DNA of 64,000 nucleotides, taken from assembly GCA_030649135.1 (NCBI GenBank), contig JAUSGI010000008.1:64001-128000 (forward strand). The letters run 5' to 3'. Each line of letters begins with the position of its first letter. The stretch's first letter is position 1. The notes beneath the pieces were generated by a model. It worked only from the letters and a program-made list of their open reading frames with translations, was not told the origin of the DNA and did no database searches. The DNA is from a bacterium. Its GTDB lineage: Bacteria; Patescibacteriota; Minisyncoccia; Phycocordibacterales; Zambryskibacteraceae. This document shows positions 17,303 through 27,455 of this stretch, piece by piece. Position numbers and translations under genes: made by a program.

Positions 17303-17461
17303 ATGAGCTGGGAAGATGTTCCAGTAAGAATTATTATTTCACCAATGCGGGAGGTGCCAGCCAAGGAAGCAACGTCTCTGTTCAAGATCATCATGCGGAC
17401 CCAACAGACTAAGCCTATTCCTCTAGTGGATAAGGCCCCAGGTCACGCGAGCACCGACTAA
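17303..17461 (+). CDS. Small ORF (52 aa) MSWEDVPVRIIISPMREVPAKEATSLFKIIMRTQQTKPIPLVDKAPGHASTD
   Basis: SD GGAGAGAGAGGG upstream. Below the ORF-track cutoff. Preceded by a TTAGACTAA x2 direct repeat. Confidence 0.25.
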   Translation: MSWEDVPVRIIISPMREVPAKEATSLFKIIMRTQQTKPIPLVDKAPGHASTD

Positions 17462-17505
17462 AGAAAATAGTCGTGTGTCTTCGCTGGCCTTTTTAATTTT
17501 CAAAC

Positions 17506-17581
17506 TGGAGCCGGGAAGAGGACTCGAACCTCCGACCTGAGCTTTACAAAAGCCCTGCTCTACCAACTGAGCTATCCCGGC
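17506..17581 (-). tRNA. tRNA-Thr (anticodon TGT)
   Basis: Reverse complement GCCGGGATAGCTCAGTTGGTAGAGCAGGGCTTTTGTAAAGCTCAGGTCGGAGGTTCGAGTCCTCTTCCCGGCTCCA. CCA encoded. Confidence 0.85.
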
Positions 17582-17588
17582 ATTTACA

Positions 17589-18029
17589 CTACCTTACCTC
17601 TTTTTTGTCGTCTTGAGAACCGTCTTCGCAGACATCATGTATTTCCCCGTTTCCTTTCTCAATGTCGGATATGTTTTTAAAGAATTCCGAGATGCCGTCT
17701 GATTTTTTTAATAACCTTGAGTCGCGCATATTGTTGGCGTACTGTTCCCTTTTTTCTCCAAGGTAAACAAGTAATTTGTTGAAAGAATTTCTGGAATGAA
17801 TGGGGATTTGTTTGTGGAAAAGAAAAGAAGTTTTCTCCTTACCTTCTGAATACAAGTGAACTACCTTGTGATAAATAGCGCGTACGCGAATATCACCCCT
17901 CGAGATGATGCTTAATAAGAAGAACGGTTTTTTTTGTTTTTCCCCAAACTTTTTGGCCGCTATAAGCAGCACAACCGCCAGACCGGAGACGGCAAAAGAG
18001 ATTATAAATATCAAATCTAGAGCTGGCAT
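17589..18029 (-). CDS. Hypothetical membrane-anchored protein (146 aa)
   Basis: N-terminal TM helix. No motif recognised. Confidence 0.5.
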   Translation of the reverse strand: MPALDLIFIISFAVSGLAVVLLIAAKKFGEKQKKPFFLLSIISRGDIRVRAIYHKVVHLYSEGKEKTSFLFHKQIPIHSRNSFNKLLVYLGEKREQYANNMRDSRLLKKSDGISEFFKNISDIEKGNGEIHDVCEDGSQDDKKEVR

Positions 18030-18032
18030 GCG

Positions 18033-18485
18033 CTAATTAACGGAAAACCGCACAAAATGTCCTATTTCAGCACGCTCGCCGAATTTCTGTACGGTATTGT
18101 TTATAAGGTCGCTGATTTTTTGTCCGGGGTCTTTGATAAATGGTTGCTCGAGCAGTTCGGCAGTATCGGTTGGATTCATGGCAGCTATGTGCATGCAAAT
18201 ATCGCGGGCGATAGATTTGAATTCGGGATTTTTGGCGACAAAGTCCGTCTCGCAAAGGAACTCAATCATCACCCCGACCGTCTCACCGGTATGAATGTAA
18301 GAGACTACTGTGCCGGCTCCGAGAGTGCGGCCGCCTTTCTTAGCGGCGATTTCGGCCCCTTTTTCCTTGAGAAGGATTATGGCCTTGTCTTTATCCCCCT
18401 CCGCCGCTTCCAAAGCCTTCTGACATTCCATGATGGAGAGGCCGGTTTCTTCGCGCAGAGCTTTGATTTCAGCTGTGGTAATCAT
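18033..18485 (-). CDS. tsf: Elongation factor Ts (short form)
   Basis: MITTAEIKALREETGLSIMECQKAL is the UBA-like EF-Ts N-terminus. Lies downstream of rpsB. Confidence 0.85.
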   Translation of the reverse strand: MITTAEIKALREETGLSIMECQKALEAAEGDKDKAIILLKEKGAEIAAKKGGRTLGAGTVVSYIHTGETVGVMIEFLCETDFVAKNPEFKSIARDICMHIAAMNPTDTAELLEQPFIKDPGQKISDLINNTVQKFGERAEIGHFVRFSVN

Positions 18486-18487
18486 CT

Positions 18488-19213
18488 TTAAACCTTTGGT
18501 TCTGCTGGTTCCGCTGGTACTGTTTCCCTGCCTTTCTTATATGCAGTCACCAACGTTTCTAGGATAAAGGCAATGCTTTGTCTCGAGGAGTCGTTACCGG
18601 GGACGGCATAGTCAATTTCGTAGAGGTTAGAATCAGAGCCAGCCAGGGCTACCACCGGAATGTGCATTTTGCGTGCCTCAGCGACGGCTATGGATTCTTT
18701 TTTAGGGTCAATGACTACCAAAAACTTCGGTAAAGATTTAAGTTGAGCCAGTCCTCCGAAATAAATAGTAAGTCTCTCAATCTCACGGTCGAAAAGCAGG
18801 CGTTCTTTTTTGGTGTATTTGCCTAGCTCACCTTTTTCTCTTTGTTCGACAAGCTCTGCCAGCCTGGCAATACGTTTCTTGATTTCAGAAAAATTGGAGA
18901 GAGTGCCCCCAATCCACCGACCGGCGACATAAGGCATATCAAGTTCCCTACCGGCTTTCTTGATAGCTTCTCTTGCTTCACTTTTGCCTCCGACCCAAAG
19001 GGCCACGGCCTTTTCCTTGCCTTTCTCTTCCACAAAAGCTTGTGCCTTCTCCAGTTCCTTACTGGTTTTCTCCAGGTTGAATATTTCGAGATTATTTTTG
19101 GAGCCGAAAATAAAGGGTTTGGCAGACGGGTGTCTGCGAGATTTTACGAAACCGAAGTGAGCTCCAACAGCAAAAAGAGCATTCACCGCCGAAGCTTTGT
19201 TGATTTTCTCCAT
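18488..19213 (-). CDS. rpsB: 30S ribosomal protein S2
   Basis: NALFAVGAHFGFVKSRRHP... Start placed at MEKINK, although the ORF frame stays open up to 19264. Confidence 0.9.
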   Translation of the reverse strand: MEKINKASAVNALFAVGAHFGFVKSRRHPSAKPFIFGSKNNLEIFNLEKTSKELEKAQAFVEEKGKEKAVALWVGGKSEAREAIKKAGRELDMPYVAGRWIGGTLSNFSEIKKRIARLAELVEQREKGELGKYTKKERLLFDREIERLTIYFGGLAQLKSLPKFLVVIDPKKESIAVAEARKMHIPVVALAGSDSNLYEIDYAVPGNDSSRQSIAFILETLVTAYKKGRETVPAEPAEPKV

Positions 19214-19254
19214 GGTCGATAAGTTTAGCAGAAAAGCCCGTCTCTTACAAGGAT

Positions 19255-19289
19255 AGAAAAACACCCTCGACTGTTGCCAGCCGAGGGTG
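19255..19289 (-). terminator. Intrinsic terminator CACCCTCG-...-CGAGGGTG + TTTTTCTATCC (minus sense)
   Basis: 8 bp stem followed by a U-run. Downstream of gene 19323..19580. Confidence 0.6.
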
Positions 19290-19322
19290 TGGTGACTGTT
19301 GGGTCTGCGGGAGCGCGGACGC

Positions 19323-19580
19323 TTAGCTGGGCGTTTCCTGTTTTCTTACCTTCCTTTTCTTGCGAAAAGGAGAGTCACGGTGTAAGACGGTACACCACGC
19401 CTTACCGTCGCTTCCAGCCTCGGCGCTACCAGATATATAGCCCCGGTAGTCTACGAGGATGTCCTCAGAGCCGGACATGCCAGGCGTGTGGTTTTCGCAC
19501 CACTTGATCTCCAGCATTTCCTTCGTGGAGTCGGCATCTCCTTCACACCCTGGGCAGTAGGGGCGCGCCGTCTCGCTCAT
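19323..19580 (-). CDS. Hypothetical Cys-containing small protein (85 aa from MSETARPYCPGCEG...)
   Basis: SD GGAGGG. ATGA overlap with the upstream gene. GC-rich islet. Confidence 0.45.
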   Translation of the reverse strand: MSETARPYCPGCEGDADSTKEMLEIKWCENHTPGMSGSEDILVDYRGYISGSAEAGSDGKAWCTVLHRDSPFRKKRKVRKQETPS

Positions 19581-19834
19581 AGCGCCCTCCCTGCAGTCCA
19601 CAGACCAAGGTCGTAGAGACGGCGTTTGTCGAGGTTCGCGTCGTACCTACAACGACTGCACTGTACCCTGATAGACTCGCCTTTCACGAGCCCCATGATG
19701 ACCATCTCGGCCTTGCAGACGAAGTGTATGGCCTGGTTGTTCTCGATGGTGATGGTTCTCGGGTTCTTCGTCTGGTCAATCCGTAGGATAGGGGGTAGGT
19801 CATCCTTATCACTCAAAAATGCTAGGAGATTCAA
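19577..19834 (-). CDS. Hypothetical small protein (85 aa, apparent TTG start)
   Basis: Translationally coupled to 19323..19580. GC-rich. Start uncertain. Confidence 0.35.
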   Translation of the reverse strand: MNLLAFLSDKDDLPPILRIDQTKNPRTITIENNQAIHFVCKAEMVIMGLVKGESIRVQCSRCRYDANLDKRRLYDLGLWTAGRAL

Positions 19835-19894
19835 ATAGTTCGGAGCGGCCTAACCCCACCTTACCTAGAAATATAGAAAAATCAACCGGGGTGT

Positions 19895-20680
19895 ATGATT
19901 AGTTTTATGTTGAATAAAGAGACCCCAAAAGGCAGGGATTATAGCCAAGATATCCGTTGGCTACTCGAAGAAAAGTATCATGGTCAAATGAGTGAGGCGG
20001 CCCAGACGGACATAGAAAGAATTAAACAGGGTGAGCCCGTAGCCTATGTTATTGGCTTTGTGGATTTTCTGGGGTGTAAAATTGACCTCTCGCAAAAGAC
20101 TTTGATTCCTCGAGCAGAGACGGAATTTTGGGTGGAACAAGCAATCAGAAGCATCAAGAAGGATGTTCCTACAGGGGTAAGGTGTCTTGATATGTTTGCC
20201 GGGTCTGGATGTATTGGGGTTGCCGTGCTTAAGAACATCCCTTTTTCGACAGTAGATTTTGTGGATTGTGACGCTACAGCGATTACACAAATTGCCATCA
20301 ACTGTAAACTAAATGGTATCGAAGCGTCTCGTTGGAAGGTCATAAAATCGGATGGGTTTCAACGTGTAGACGACTCGTATGATTATATTTTTGCCAATCC
20401 GCCATATATTGCCAAAAACAGAAGGAGTGATGTGGCAGAATCTGTCTTAACCCATGAACCGCGCGGAGCACTTTGGGGTGGTACCGACGGCCTCCTCTAC
20501 ATTAAAACTTTTCTCGACCAAGTAAAAGAATATTTGAATGAAGGGGGCACGGTCTATATGGAATTCGATACTCACCAGAAAGACGAGATAGAAAAGATTT
20601 TAATGACTAAAAGTTTTAATAAAATTGATTTTTGCCAAGATCAATTTGGTAAATGGCGATATCTCGTTTTAATTGCCTAA
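19895..20680 (+). CDS. prmC: Release factor glutamine methyltransferase PrmC/HemK
   Basis: NPPY motif (IFANPPYI) and SAM-binding motif [10 protein letters not shown]. Confidence 0.85.
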   Translation: MISFMLNKETPKGRDYSQDIRWLLEEKYHGQMSEAAQTDIERIKQGEPVAYVIGFVDFLGCKIDLSQKTLIPRAETEFWVEQAIRSIKKDVPTGVRCLDMFAGSGCIGVAVLKNIPFSTVDFVDCDATAITQIAINCKLNGIEASRWKVIKSDGFQRVDDSYDYIFANPPYIAKNRRSDVAESVLTHEPRGALWGGTDGLLYIKTFLDQVKEYLNEGGTVYMEFDTHQKDEIEKILMTKSFNKIDFCQDQFGKWRYLVLIA

Positions 20681-21562
20681 ATTGGCCGCTGTGGCTTCGA
20701 GAATCGGTCCCATCTCCCCTTTCATGATTCTTTCTATGTTATGCCACGACTCCTTGAGACGGTGGTCGGTAATGCGGTCCTGGAGAATATTATAGGTACG
20801 AATCTTCTCCGAGCGGTCCGCGGTACCAATTTGAGATTTCCTGTCTGCGGAATACTTGGCCTCTTCCTCCTCCTCTTTCTTAGCTTCAAGCTTGGCAATG
20901 AGAATGCTCATAGCTTTCTCACGATTCTTTAATTGGCTTCTCTCGGCAGTAGAGCGCACATCAATGCCGGTTGGTTTATGGATAATCCTGACCGCAGTTT
21001 CGATCTTATTAACATTTTGACCCCCGGCACCTCCCGACCTGGAAGTTTCTATCTCTAAGTCGGAAGGTTTGATTTCAATGGTAGTTTTTTTGCGTAACGG
21101 CAGAATAGCCACAGAAGCAGTCGAGGTGTGGACCCTGCCCATCTTTTCCGTCGCGGGTACTCGTTGGATGCGATGTACCCCAGTCTCGAAGCGTAGTTTC
21201 TTATAAACATCCCGTCCGCGTATTTCAAACGCCGCTTCCTTATAGCCCCCCAGCGATGTATCAGAACTGTAGAGCGGGGAGACCCCCCAGCCTTGGAGAG
21301 CGGCGTAGAGGGTATACATTTCGGAGAGTTCTCTGGCAAAGAGAGCCGCCTCCTCCCCTCCGGCACCGGCACGCACTTCCAGGATAATTTCATTTGGGAA
21401 CTCATCGTCTTCTCCTGTAATTTTTTCTGCCGAAAGAATTCTGTCCATCTCCTCAAGCATCATTTGTTTCGACTCCTCGTCTTCGGGAGGCAGGCGTAAA
21501 AGAGCCTTGGCTAAATAGGCAGTCTTGGGATTATTTTTATATTTTTCTATATCAAAACTCAC
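20669..21562 (-). CDS. prfA: Peptide chain release factor 1 (compact form)
   Basis: GGQ motif ([11 protein letters not shown]). PAT tripeptide ([14 protein letters not shown]), which is the RF1-type PxT. Confidence 0.9.
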   Translation of the reverse strand: MSFDIEKYKNNPKTAYLAKALLRLPPEDEESKQMMLEEMDRILSAEKITGEDDEFPNEIILEVRAGAGGEEAALFARELSEMYTLYAALQGWGVSPLYSSDTSLGGYKEAAFEIRGRDVYKKLRFETGVHRIQRVPATEKMGRVHTSTASVAILPLRKKTTIEIKPSDLEIETSRSGGAGGQNVNKIETAVRIIHKPTGIDVRSTAERSQLKNREKAMSILIAKLEAKKEEEEEAKYSADRKSQIGTADRSEKIRTYNILQDRITDHRLKESWHNIERIMKGEMGPILEATAANLGN

Positions 21563-21864
21563 TTCTTCTTGCTACGACTTGTCCCGAGCTTCGTCGAGGG
21601 AACCTTTCTAGGAGTAGCTTGCGCCTGTCTTTGTTTGAAGCGTTCGACTCGACCTGCGATATCGAGCGTGCGCACCTCTCCGGTATAGAAAGGGTGGGTA
21701 GCGGAAGATATTTCTACCCGAAAAACAGGATACTCTTTCTTGTCTACTTTGGCTTTGGCGGTTTCCTTGGTCACAACCGTGGAAGGAATGATAAATTCTG
21801 TGCCATCAGAGTTATCGATAAAAAGTACCGGTCGATAATTGGCGGGGTGAATTTCTTTTCTCAT
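21559..21864 (-). CDS. rpmE: 50S ribosomal protein L31 (non-zinc type)
   Basis: MRKEIHP...HPFYTGEV...GRVERF. 4 nt overlap with prfA. Confidence 0.85.
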   Translation of the reverse strand: MRKEIHPANYRPVLFIDNSDGTEFIIPSTVVTKETAKAKVDKKEYPVFRVEISSATHPFYTGEVRTLDIAGRVERFKQRQAQATPRKVPSTKLGTSRSKKK

Positions 21865-21887
21865 TGGAACTCTATTATATCAGCAAA

Positions 21888-23303
21888 TTAGAGGTTCTGC
21901 AACGGGTTAATCATGGTCAGCTGGATGTTCGAGGCCCTGTTCATCACCTGATTTCCATAGCTTAGACCGACATTTGCTCTACCTCTGGTGTAGCAAGTTT
22001 TACCGGAGTAATATCGACAAGCGGCACTACGCTCATCGGTAAAGTCTTGGGAGCCGGCACCAAGATTTCCAAGTAGAATAGCCGAAGCCATAATGGCATC
22101 GGCCGGGTTCCAGGGGTCAGGATTCGTCTTGCCAACCGCCGAGGCAATCTGACTTTCGATAAGGTTCCAGGTCGAAGGAATAAACTGGGCCGGCCCCATA
22201 GCGCCACCGTATCCCGGGACACCCGCAATAGGACACGAAACTCTAGTCCCCAAAGCGTCTCGTCCCAGATTTTTTAAAATAGTTTGCAAGAGCGGCAGGT
22301 CACGTGTCGGGTGAATACCGTTTAAAAACATTCTGCCTGTGTTGACCCCCTTGGTCTCACCGGTGGCAAGGTTCGTGATTACACAAGAACCGACATTTGC
22401 CCCGAGGTTTGACTCTTGTTGGAGGATTGCCAAAATAAATGCCGGTCGCACTCCCGTTTTGACGCTTGCCGTTTCGGCATATTGGAGGGCCGTACCGAAG
22501 GGAATCGCTCCGGCATCTCTTAGTGGAAAGAGTACGGCTTTAATCTGTGCTGCCTTAGCTTGTCTGTCTGCCAAGACTTGTTCGTAAGTTTTTTCTTTGG
22601 TCTGGTTAATAGCCAGGAGGGTCTTTTTCTCGGTCTGGTCTATTTCCACTTCTTTCTTGGATGCTTCCATGGCGGCGCGGGCAGCCGCCTCGGCTTCCCT
22701 TTTTTTATTCAGAATTGCTTTCTCCGTTTCGGTCAGGGTTCTGGTGGTTCTTAATTCGGTAAATAGGTCAGCCAGCGCCTGCTCGGTGGAAGCATAGGTA
22801 TCTATGTCTATAAAAAATTCAGAAAGATTCTTGTCGCTTAACATGGCCTCGACTAATGAATAAGAATTGATATCGTTTGTCTTACGCAAAATATCAGCAA
22901 TGGCGTTTTTACCCTTCGTGATGCGGGTATCAAGTACTACAATTTCTTTTTGCTTGACCGCGATATCTTTTGTCAGGTTAGCTATAGCAATATTTTTCCC
23001 CTTGATATTAGCTTGGGCGGCCTTTATTTTGGCAGTAAGAGCTGCAATGTCTCTAGTAAATGAGGCGCTGTCCTGTTTAGTTTTATTGAGCGTTACCGTC
23101 CATTCAGCAATCTCTTTATTACAGGCTTCAAGCTCTTGTTCAAGTTGGGCCCGACTCTTATTGGCGATTTGGTCGGTACAGGCATCTTGAGCGAGAGCGG
23201 AGTGATAATTGGGAACAATCAAAAAGCCGATAACGAGTATCGAGACGGAAATTATTTGGAGTGGATTAAACTGGAGGTGTTTCTTTTTTGACTTCACTTT
23301 CAT
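21888..23303 (-). CDS. Coiled-coil protein with a C-terminal lytic transglycosylase domain (MltB-like)
   Basis: Signal/TM, long coiled coil, then GAMGPAQFIPSTW typical of MltB/Slt LTs. Start ambiguous (23324 or 23303). Confidence 0.7.
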   Translation of the reverse strand: MKVKSKKKHLQFNPLQIISVSILVIGFLIVPNYHSALAQDACTDQIANKSRAQLEQELEACNKEIAEWTVTLNKTKQDSASFTRDIAALTAKIKAAQANIKGKNIAIANLTKDIAVKQKEIVVLDTRITKGKNAIADILRKTNDINSYSLVEAMLSDKNLSEFFIDIDTYASTEQALADLFTELRTTRTLTETEKAILNKKREAEAAARAAMEASKKEVEIDQTEKKTLLAINQTKEKTYEQVLADRQAKAAQIKAVLFPLRDAGAIPFGTALQYAETASVKTGVRPAFILAILQQESNLGANVGSCVITNLATGETKGVNTGRMFLNGIHPTRDLPLLQTILKNLGRDALGTRVSCPIAGVPGYGGAMGPAQFIPSTWNLIESQIASAVGKTNPDPWNPADAIMASAILLGNLGAGSQDFTDERSAACRYYSGKTCYTRGRANVGLSYGNQVMNRASNIQLTMINPLQNL

Positions 23304-23937
23304 TGGTTTCAATAGTTTCCTCACCTTCTTTGCCCTTCTTTTCCACTTCTATTTCCGAAAGGTCAACCGGTAGAACCTCTTCCTCCTTCTCTTCTCGTGG
23401 AGCCGATACCAAAGCCACCACTTCCTCCGGATTTTCTTTAAGCTCAACACCCGATGAAAGTATAATGTCTTTAGCTAGAATCTGGTCACCGAAATTGGCT
23501 AGAGGGCTTATGTCTATATTGATGCTATGGGGTAAATCTTTTGGCATCGCTTCTATTTTGAGTTTGTAGAGCACTTTTACGAGCATTCCGCCCAAATCTT
23601 TGACTGCCGGTGAAACCCCGATAAATTCGAGAGGTAATTCCACTTCTACTTTGTGGCCTTTTTCAAAGACATAGAAATCCGCATGACGAGGCACGCCGGT
23701 AATGGGGTCGAGGTCCACATCTTGGATTAGGCTTTCCTTAATACCTTCTGGTGTCTCTAGGGTCACTACGCTTGATTCCCCTGCTTCCTTCCAAACCTTT
23801 ATAAAGTCAATCTTGGGAACAGAAATCGAGGTAGATGCTTCCTTTTTACCATAAAAGACTGCGGGAACCTTTCCCGCTTTTCTGATTTGATCCAATTTAT
23901 CGGCCTTATTCCGTGCCTCTGCCTTCAAGGTAAGCAT
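23266..23937 (-). CDS. rplY: 50S ribosomal protein L25 / general stress protein Ctc
   Basis: MLTLKAEARNKADKLDQIRKAGKVPAVFYGK is the L25 N-terminus. Acidic C-terminal tail. Confidence 0.85.
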   Translation of the reverse strand: MLTLKAEARNKADKLDQIRKAGKVPAVFYGKKEASTSISVPKIDFIKVWKEAGESSVVTLETPEGIKESLIQDVDLDPITGVPRHADFYVFEKGHKVEVELPLEFIGVSPAVKDLGGMLVKVLYKLKIEAMPKDLPHSINIDISPLANFGDQILAKDIILSSGVELKENPEEVVALVSAPREEKEEEVLPVDLSEIEVEKKGKEGEETIETNESEVKKETPPV

Positions 23938-23946
23938 ATCTCCATC

Positions 23947-25590
23947 TTACTCGATTGCGATGTGAGATTCAAGATACTCCAAAGTGCCGTTCACCTTCTT
24001 GCCGGGGTTGAAGATATTTTGTGGGTCGAAAATTTCTTTGGTTTGTTTGAAGAGTCCCAGTACCTTCGGCGAATACATTTTATTTAAATACGGAGTGCGG
24101 ACGATGCCGTCATTATGTTCAGCAGTAGTCGTTCCCTTATACTCCGCTACTAAGTCATAAAACTTATCAGCAACAATTGGAATCTTTTTTCGCTCACTTT
24201 CTTTTCTCAAATCCATAAGCGGAATGATGTGGAAATTGCCGTTACCCGCGTGTCCGGCGATATTAGCCTCTATACCCGCCTCTTCAAGAATTTTGAGCGC
24301 CCGCGGCAGAAATTCCGGAACTTTCTCAGCCGAGATACAGAAATCATCCACGAAGGGGGCCGTTCTTTTACCCTTGACATGTTTTCTCAATAGATTAAAC
24401 GACTCTCTGCGCATGACCCAGAATTTTTCTTCTTCAGAATCCTTTTCTATCACTCTTGACCAGACATTAAACGACTTGAGAGCTTCCATAACTTTTTTAA
24501 CCTTTTCTTTTACTTCTCCTTCTGCTTGTTCAGCTATCTCTACCAAAATGATGAGTTTGGGTAAACCAAGCATTCTTAATCCAATAAGAATTTCTGGAAT
24601 AAATTGCGCGGCAAATGATACGAGTCCGGTTCCGGCTTTTCTGGCAATTTCTGGCATGAAGCGGATACCTAGCTTGAGCGTATCTTCATCAAAGGTCTCG
24701 AGACTCTCTGGGTCATGGGGCAAGATAGCATTGACCACTTGCGGAAGCTCATCCCATGATTTTAAGAAAAGTGCGACCATGTCGTGATACTTTTTTTCAG
24801 GCACTAACTTTAGTTTCATTTCCGTGACGATGCCAAGTGTCCCCTGCGAACCCACCAAAAGCTTATTTATGTCAAACACCTGGTGTTCGACATCCCAGAC
24901 ATTCCAAAGGTAATATCCGGCAGAGTTTTTTGATACTTTAGGTTTTGCTTGTGCCAGAGCTTCTTTATTATCTTCCACCAGACTGAATATCTTTTGGTAA
25001 ATACTGCCCTCGAAATCTCCTTGTGCCATCTTGACATCAAGTTCGGTTCTGGAGAGAGGCTTGACTACATACTCATTGCCATCAGCGAAAATCACTTTTG
25101 ATTCCAGAATAAAGTTTTCCATTTTGCCGTAGCGTAAACTTCTCTCCCCCGCACAATTATTGCCAAACATACCACCGAGAGCGCACAAATTTTTTGAAGC
25201 CGTAAAGCAAGGCAAGATGAGTCCTTTTTCTTGCGTCCTTTGCTCAAAATCACGATAGAACATTCCCGGCTCTACCAACACAGAGGTTAAACCTTTGTGC
25301 TCGGAGATCTCAGCCATTTTATTAAGATATCTTGTCACGTCGGCGACTACCGACTCGCCGAGTGGTCCACCGGTCATATCCGAACCGGCTGCTCTGACGG
25401 TGACAGAATTACCAGGATTCTCCCCTACCCATTTGACAAGATTCTTCAAGTCTTCGGTATCTTTCGGGAATACCACAAGCTTAGGCTTCACTTCAAACAA
25501 TGAGGCATCGTGCGAATATGTCTTGAGGGTCGCTTCGTCATCCGAAATATCGCCTTTAAAAAATTTCCTGACTTCTTCCGCTAAGGTCAT
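23947..25590 (-). CDS. FAD-linked oxidase (PCMH-type FAD-binding; GlcD/D-lactate dehydrogenase-like)
   Basis: FAD-binding region VTVRAAGSDMTGGPLG. C-terminal oxidase domain. 547 aa. Confidence 0.8.
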   Translation of the reverse strand: MTLAEEVRKFFKGDISDDEATLKTYSHDASLFEVKPKLVVFPKDTEDLKNLVKWVGENPGNSVTVRAAGSDMTGGPLGESVVADVTRYLNKMAEISEHKGLTSVLVEPGMFYRDFEQRTQEKGLILPCFTASKNLCALGGMFGNNCAGERSLRYGKMENFILESKVIFADGNEYVVKPLSRTELDVKMAQGDFEGSIYQKIFSLVEDNKEALAQAKPKVSKNSAGYYLWNVWDVEHQVFDINKLLVGSQGTLGIVTEMKLKLVPEKKYHDMVALFLKSWDELPQVVNAILPHDPESLETFDEDTLKLGIRFMPEIARKAGTGLVSFAAQFIPEILIGLRMLGLPKLIILVEIAEQAEGEVKEKVKKVMEALKSFNVWSRVIEKDSEEEKFWVMRRESFNLLRKHVKGKRTAPFVDDFCISAEKVPEFLPRALKILEEAGIEANIAGHAGNGNFHIIPLMDLRKESERKKIPIVADKFYDLVAEYKGTTTAEHNDGIVRTPYLNKMYSPKVLGLFKQTKEIFDPQNIFNPGKKVNGTLEYLESHIAIE

Positions 25591-26435
25591 AGCATATTAA
25601 ATATTTTCAGCCGGCCGAGAACCACTTTTTTCATTTCCTCCACTCCTTCGGCCAAGAATTTATAAGGTGCTATTTCACCCGACTTAAGACCTTCCTCGAT
25701 TCCCTCTTTGTAAGCAACCCTTAATTCGGTATTGATATGAATAATTCTGATACCGGCCTTGATTGCCTCCCGAAATTCCTCTTCTTGATTTCCGGAGCCG
25801 CCGTGCAGCACCAACGGTATGCCGACAGTTTCCGCAATAGCCTGAATGCGTTCGATATTAAGCTTGGGCTCACCTGTTTTCACTATGCCGTGAACGTTAC
25901 CGACGGATGGCGCAAGCATGGCCACACCGGTAGCTCTCACAAACTCAAGTGCCTCTTCAGGCTTGGTTTGTGTTTCAAGCGAAACACCTTCAGGCAGGGC
26001 ATCAAGCAGTTTGGATGATTTGCCTATAAAACCAAGTTCCCCCTCTACTATTATTTCCGTATTTTTAGAACGAGCATATTCCACGACCTCTCTGGTCATT
26101 TTAACGTTTTCCTCAAGTGTTTTATCTGCAGCATCGATGATAACGCTATCGACTCCTGCATCAATGGCCAACTTTGCCTTTTCCACGGAATAAGTATGGT
26201 CGGCGTTAATAAAAACCGGTAGACCGTTTGCCCTTGCGGTTTTTACCAAAGAAATCACCTCCTCAAGTCCGATGAAGTCCCGCTCCCCTTCGGAAACCCC
26301 GATGATGACCGGGACACCCAGCTCCTTAGCTGTCTCAACTACCGCCTTGAACCCTTCCGAGTCTGAAATATTGAAATGGCCTATAGCCACTTGTTTCTCT
26401 TTCGCCCAAGCTAGGTATTCCCTTAAAGTTTTCAT
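25587..26435 (-). CDS. fba: Fructose-bisphosphate aldolase class II
   Basis: LVLHGGSG motif. Start placed at MKTLREYL, although the ORF frame is open up to 26699. Confidence 0.85.
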   Translation of the reverse strand: MKTLREYLAWAKEKQVAIGHFNISDSEGFKAVVETAKELGVPVIIGVSEGERDFIGLEEVISLVKTARANGLPVFINADHTYSVEKAKLAIDAGVDSVIIDAADKTLEENVKMTREVVEYARSKNTEIIVEGELGFIGKSSKLLDALPEGVSLETQTKPEEALEFVRATGVAMLAPSVGNVHGIVKTGEPKLNIERIQAIAETVGIPLVLHGGSGNQEEEFREAIKAGIRIIHINTELRVAYKEGIEEGLKSGEIAPYKFLAEGVEEMKKVVLGRLKIFNML

Positions 26436-26466
26436 TCTTACAATTCTATCATGATATACTTTCTGT

Positions 26467-27453
26467 ATGCATGACTTCGTAGCCATAGGCGAGACTACTA
26501 TTGACGCGTTTATAAAGCTTGAGAATGCGAGTGTCAATTGCGATGTAGATAAGGAGAATTGCAAAATCTGTCTGCCTTTTGCGGCCAAAGTGCCGTATGA
26601 GTTCGTGGTCGAGGTACCGGCGGTCGGTAATGCGGGCAATGCCTCCGTGTCTGCTAGTCGCTTGGGCTTGAAGTCCGCCCTCGTTGCCAATATCGGCAAA
26701 GATAGCGATGGAGAAAAGTGTTTGCGCGCACTGGAGGCAGACGGAGTCTCGACCGAATATATCGGTATCCAGGAGGGTGAGAAAACTAATTACCACTACG
26801 TGCTCTGGTACGAAAGTGATAGAACTATTCTCCAGAAACATAGTAAATTTATATACAAACTACCGGATATTGGAGAGCCAAGCTGGGTATATCTGACTTC
26901 TCTTGGGAAAGATTCGGATAAATATCATACCGAGATTGTCGAGTATCTTAAAGGCCATCCCAACATCAAACTTGCCTTCCAACCTGGCATATTTCAAATT
27001 GGTCTCGGTAAAGATAAGCTCAAAGATATCTATGGGAGAACAGATATATTTTTTTGTAACGTTGGAGAAGCAGAAAAAATTCTGGGCATCGATACTTTGG
27101 GCATAAACGAGCTTTTAAAACGTATGCAGGCTCTCGGACCCAAAATTGTGGTTATCACAGATGGACCGAATGGAGCATATGTCTTTGACGGTAAGGATAT
27201 CTTGTTCCAGCCACCCTACCCCGATCCCAAGCCCCCTTACGAACGCACCGGAGCGGGCGATGCCTTTGCTTCGACGACGGTGGCCGCTCTGGCGCTTGGT
27301 AATGACCTCCCTACCGCTCTCTCATGGGGTGCAGTCAATTCAATGTCCGTGGTTCAACAAGTCGGCGCCCAAAAAGGTTTGCTCACCCGCCCTCAAATCG
27401 AAGAATATTTGAAAACTGCCCCTCCCGATTTCAAAGCCAAGCAAGTAAAATAA
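26467..27453 (+). CDS. PfkB-family carbohydrate kinase
   Basis: TGAGDAFAS motif. Ribokinase-like fold. Confidence 0.8.
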   Translation: MHDFVAIGETTIDAFIKLENASVNCDVDKENCKICLPFAAKVPYEFVVEVPAVGNAGNASVSASRLGLKSALVANIGKDSDGEKCLRALEADGVSTEYIGIQEGEKTNYHYVLWYESDRTILQKHSKFIYKLPDIGEPSWVYLTSLGKDSDKYHTEIVEYLKGHPNIKLAFQPGIFQIGLGKDKLKDIYGRTDIFFCNVGEAEKILGIDTLGINELLKRMQALGPKIVVITDGPNGAYVFDGKDILFQPPYPDPKPPYERTGAGDAFASTTVAALALGNDLPTALSWGAVNSMSVVQQVGAQKGLLTRPQIEEYLKTAPPDFKAKQVK

Positions 27454-27455
27454 TA

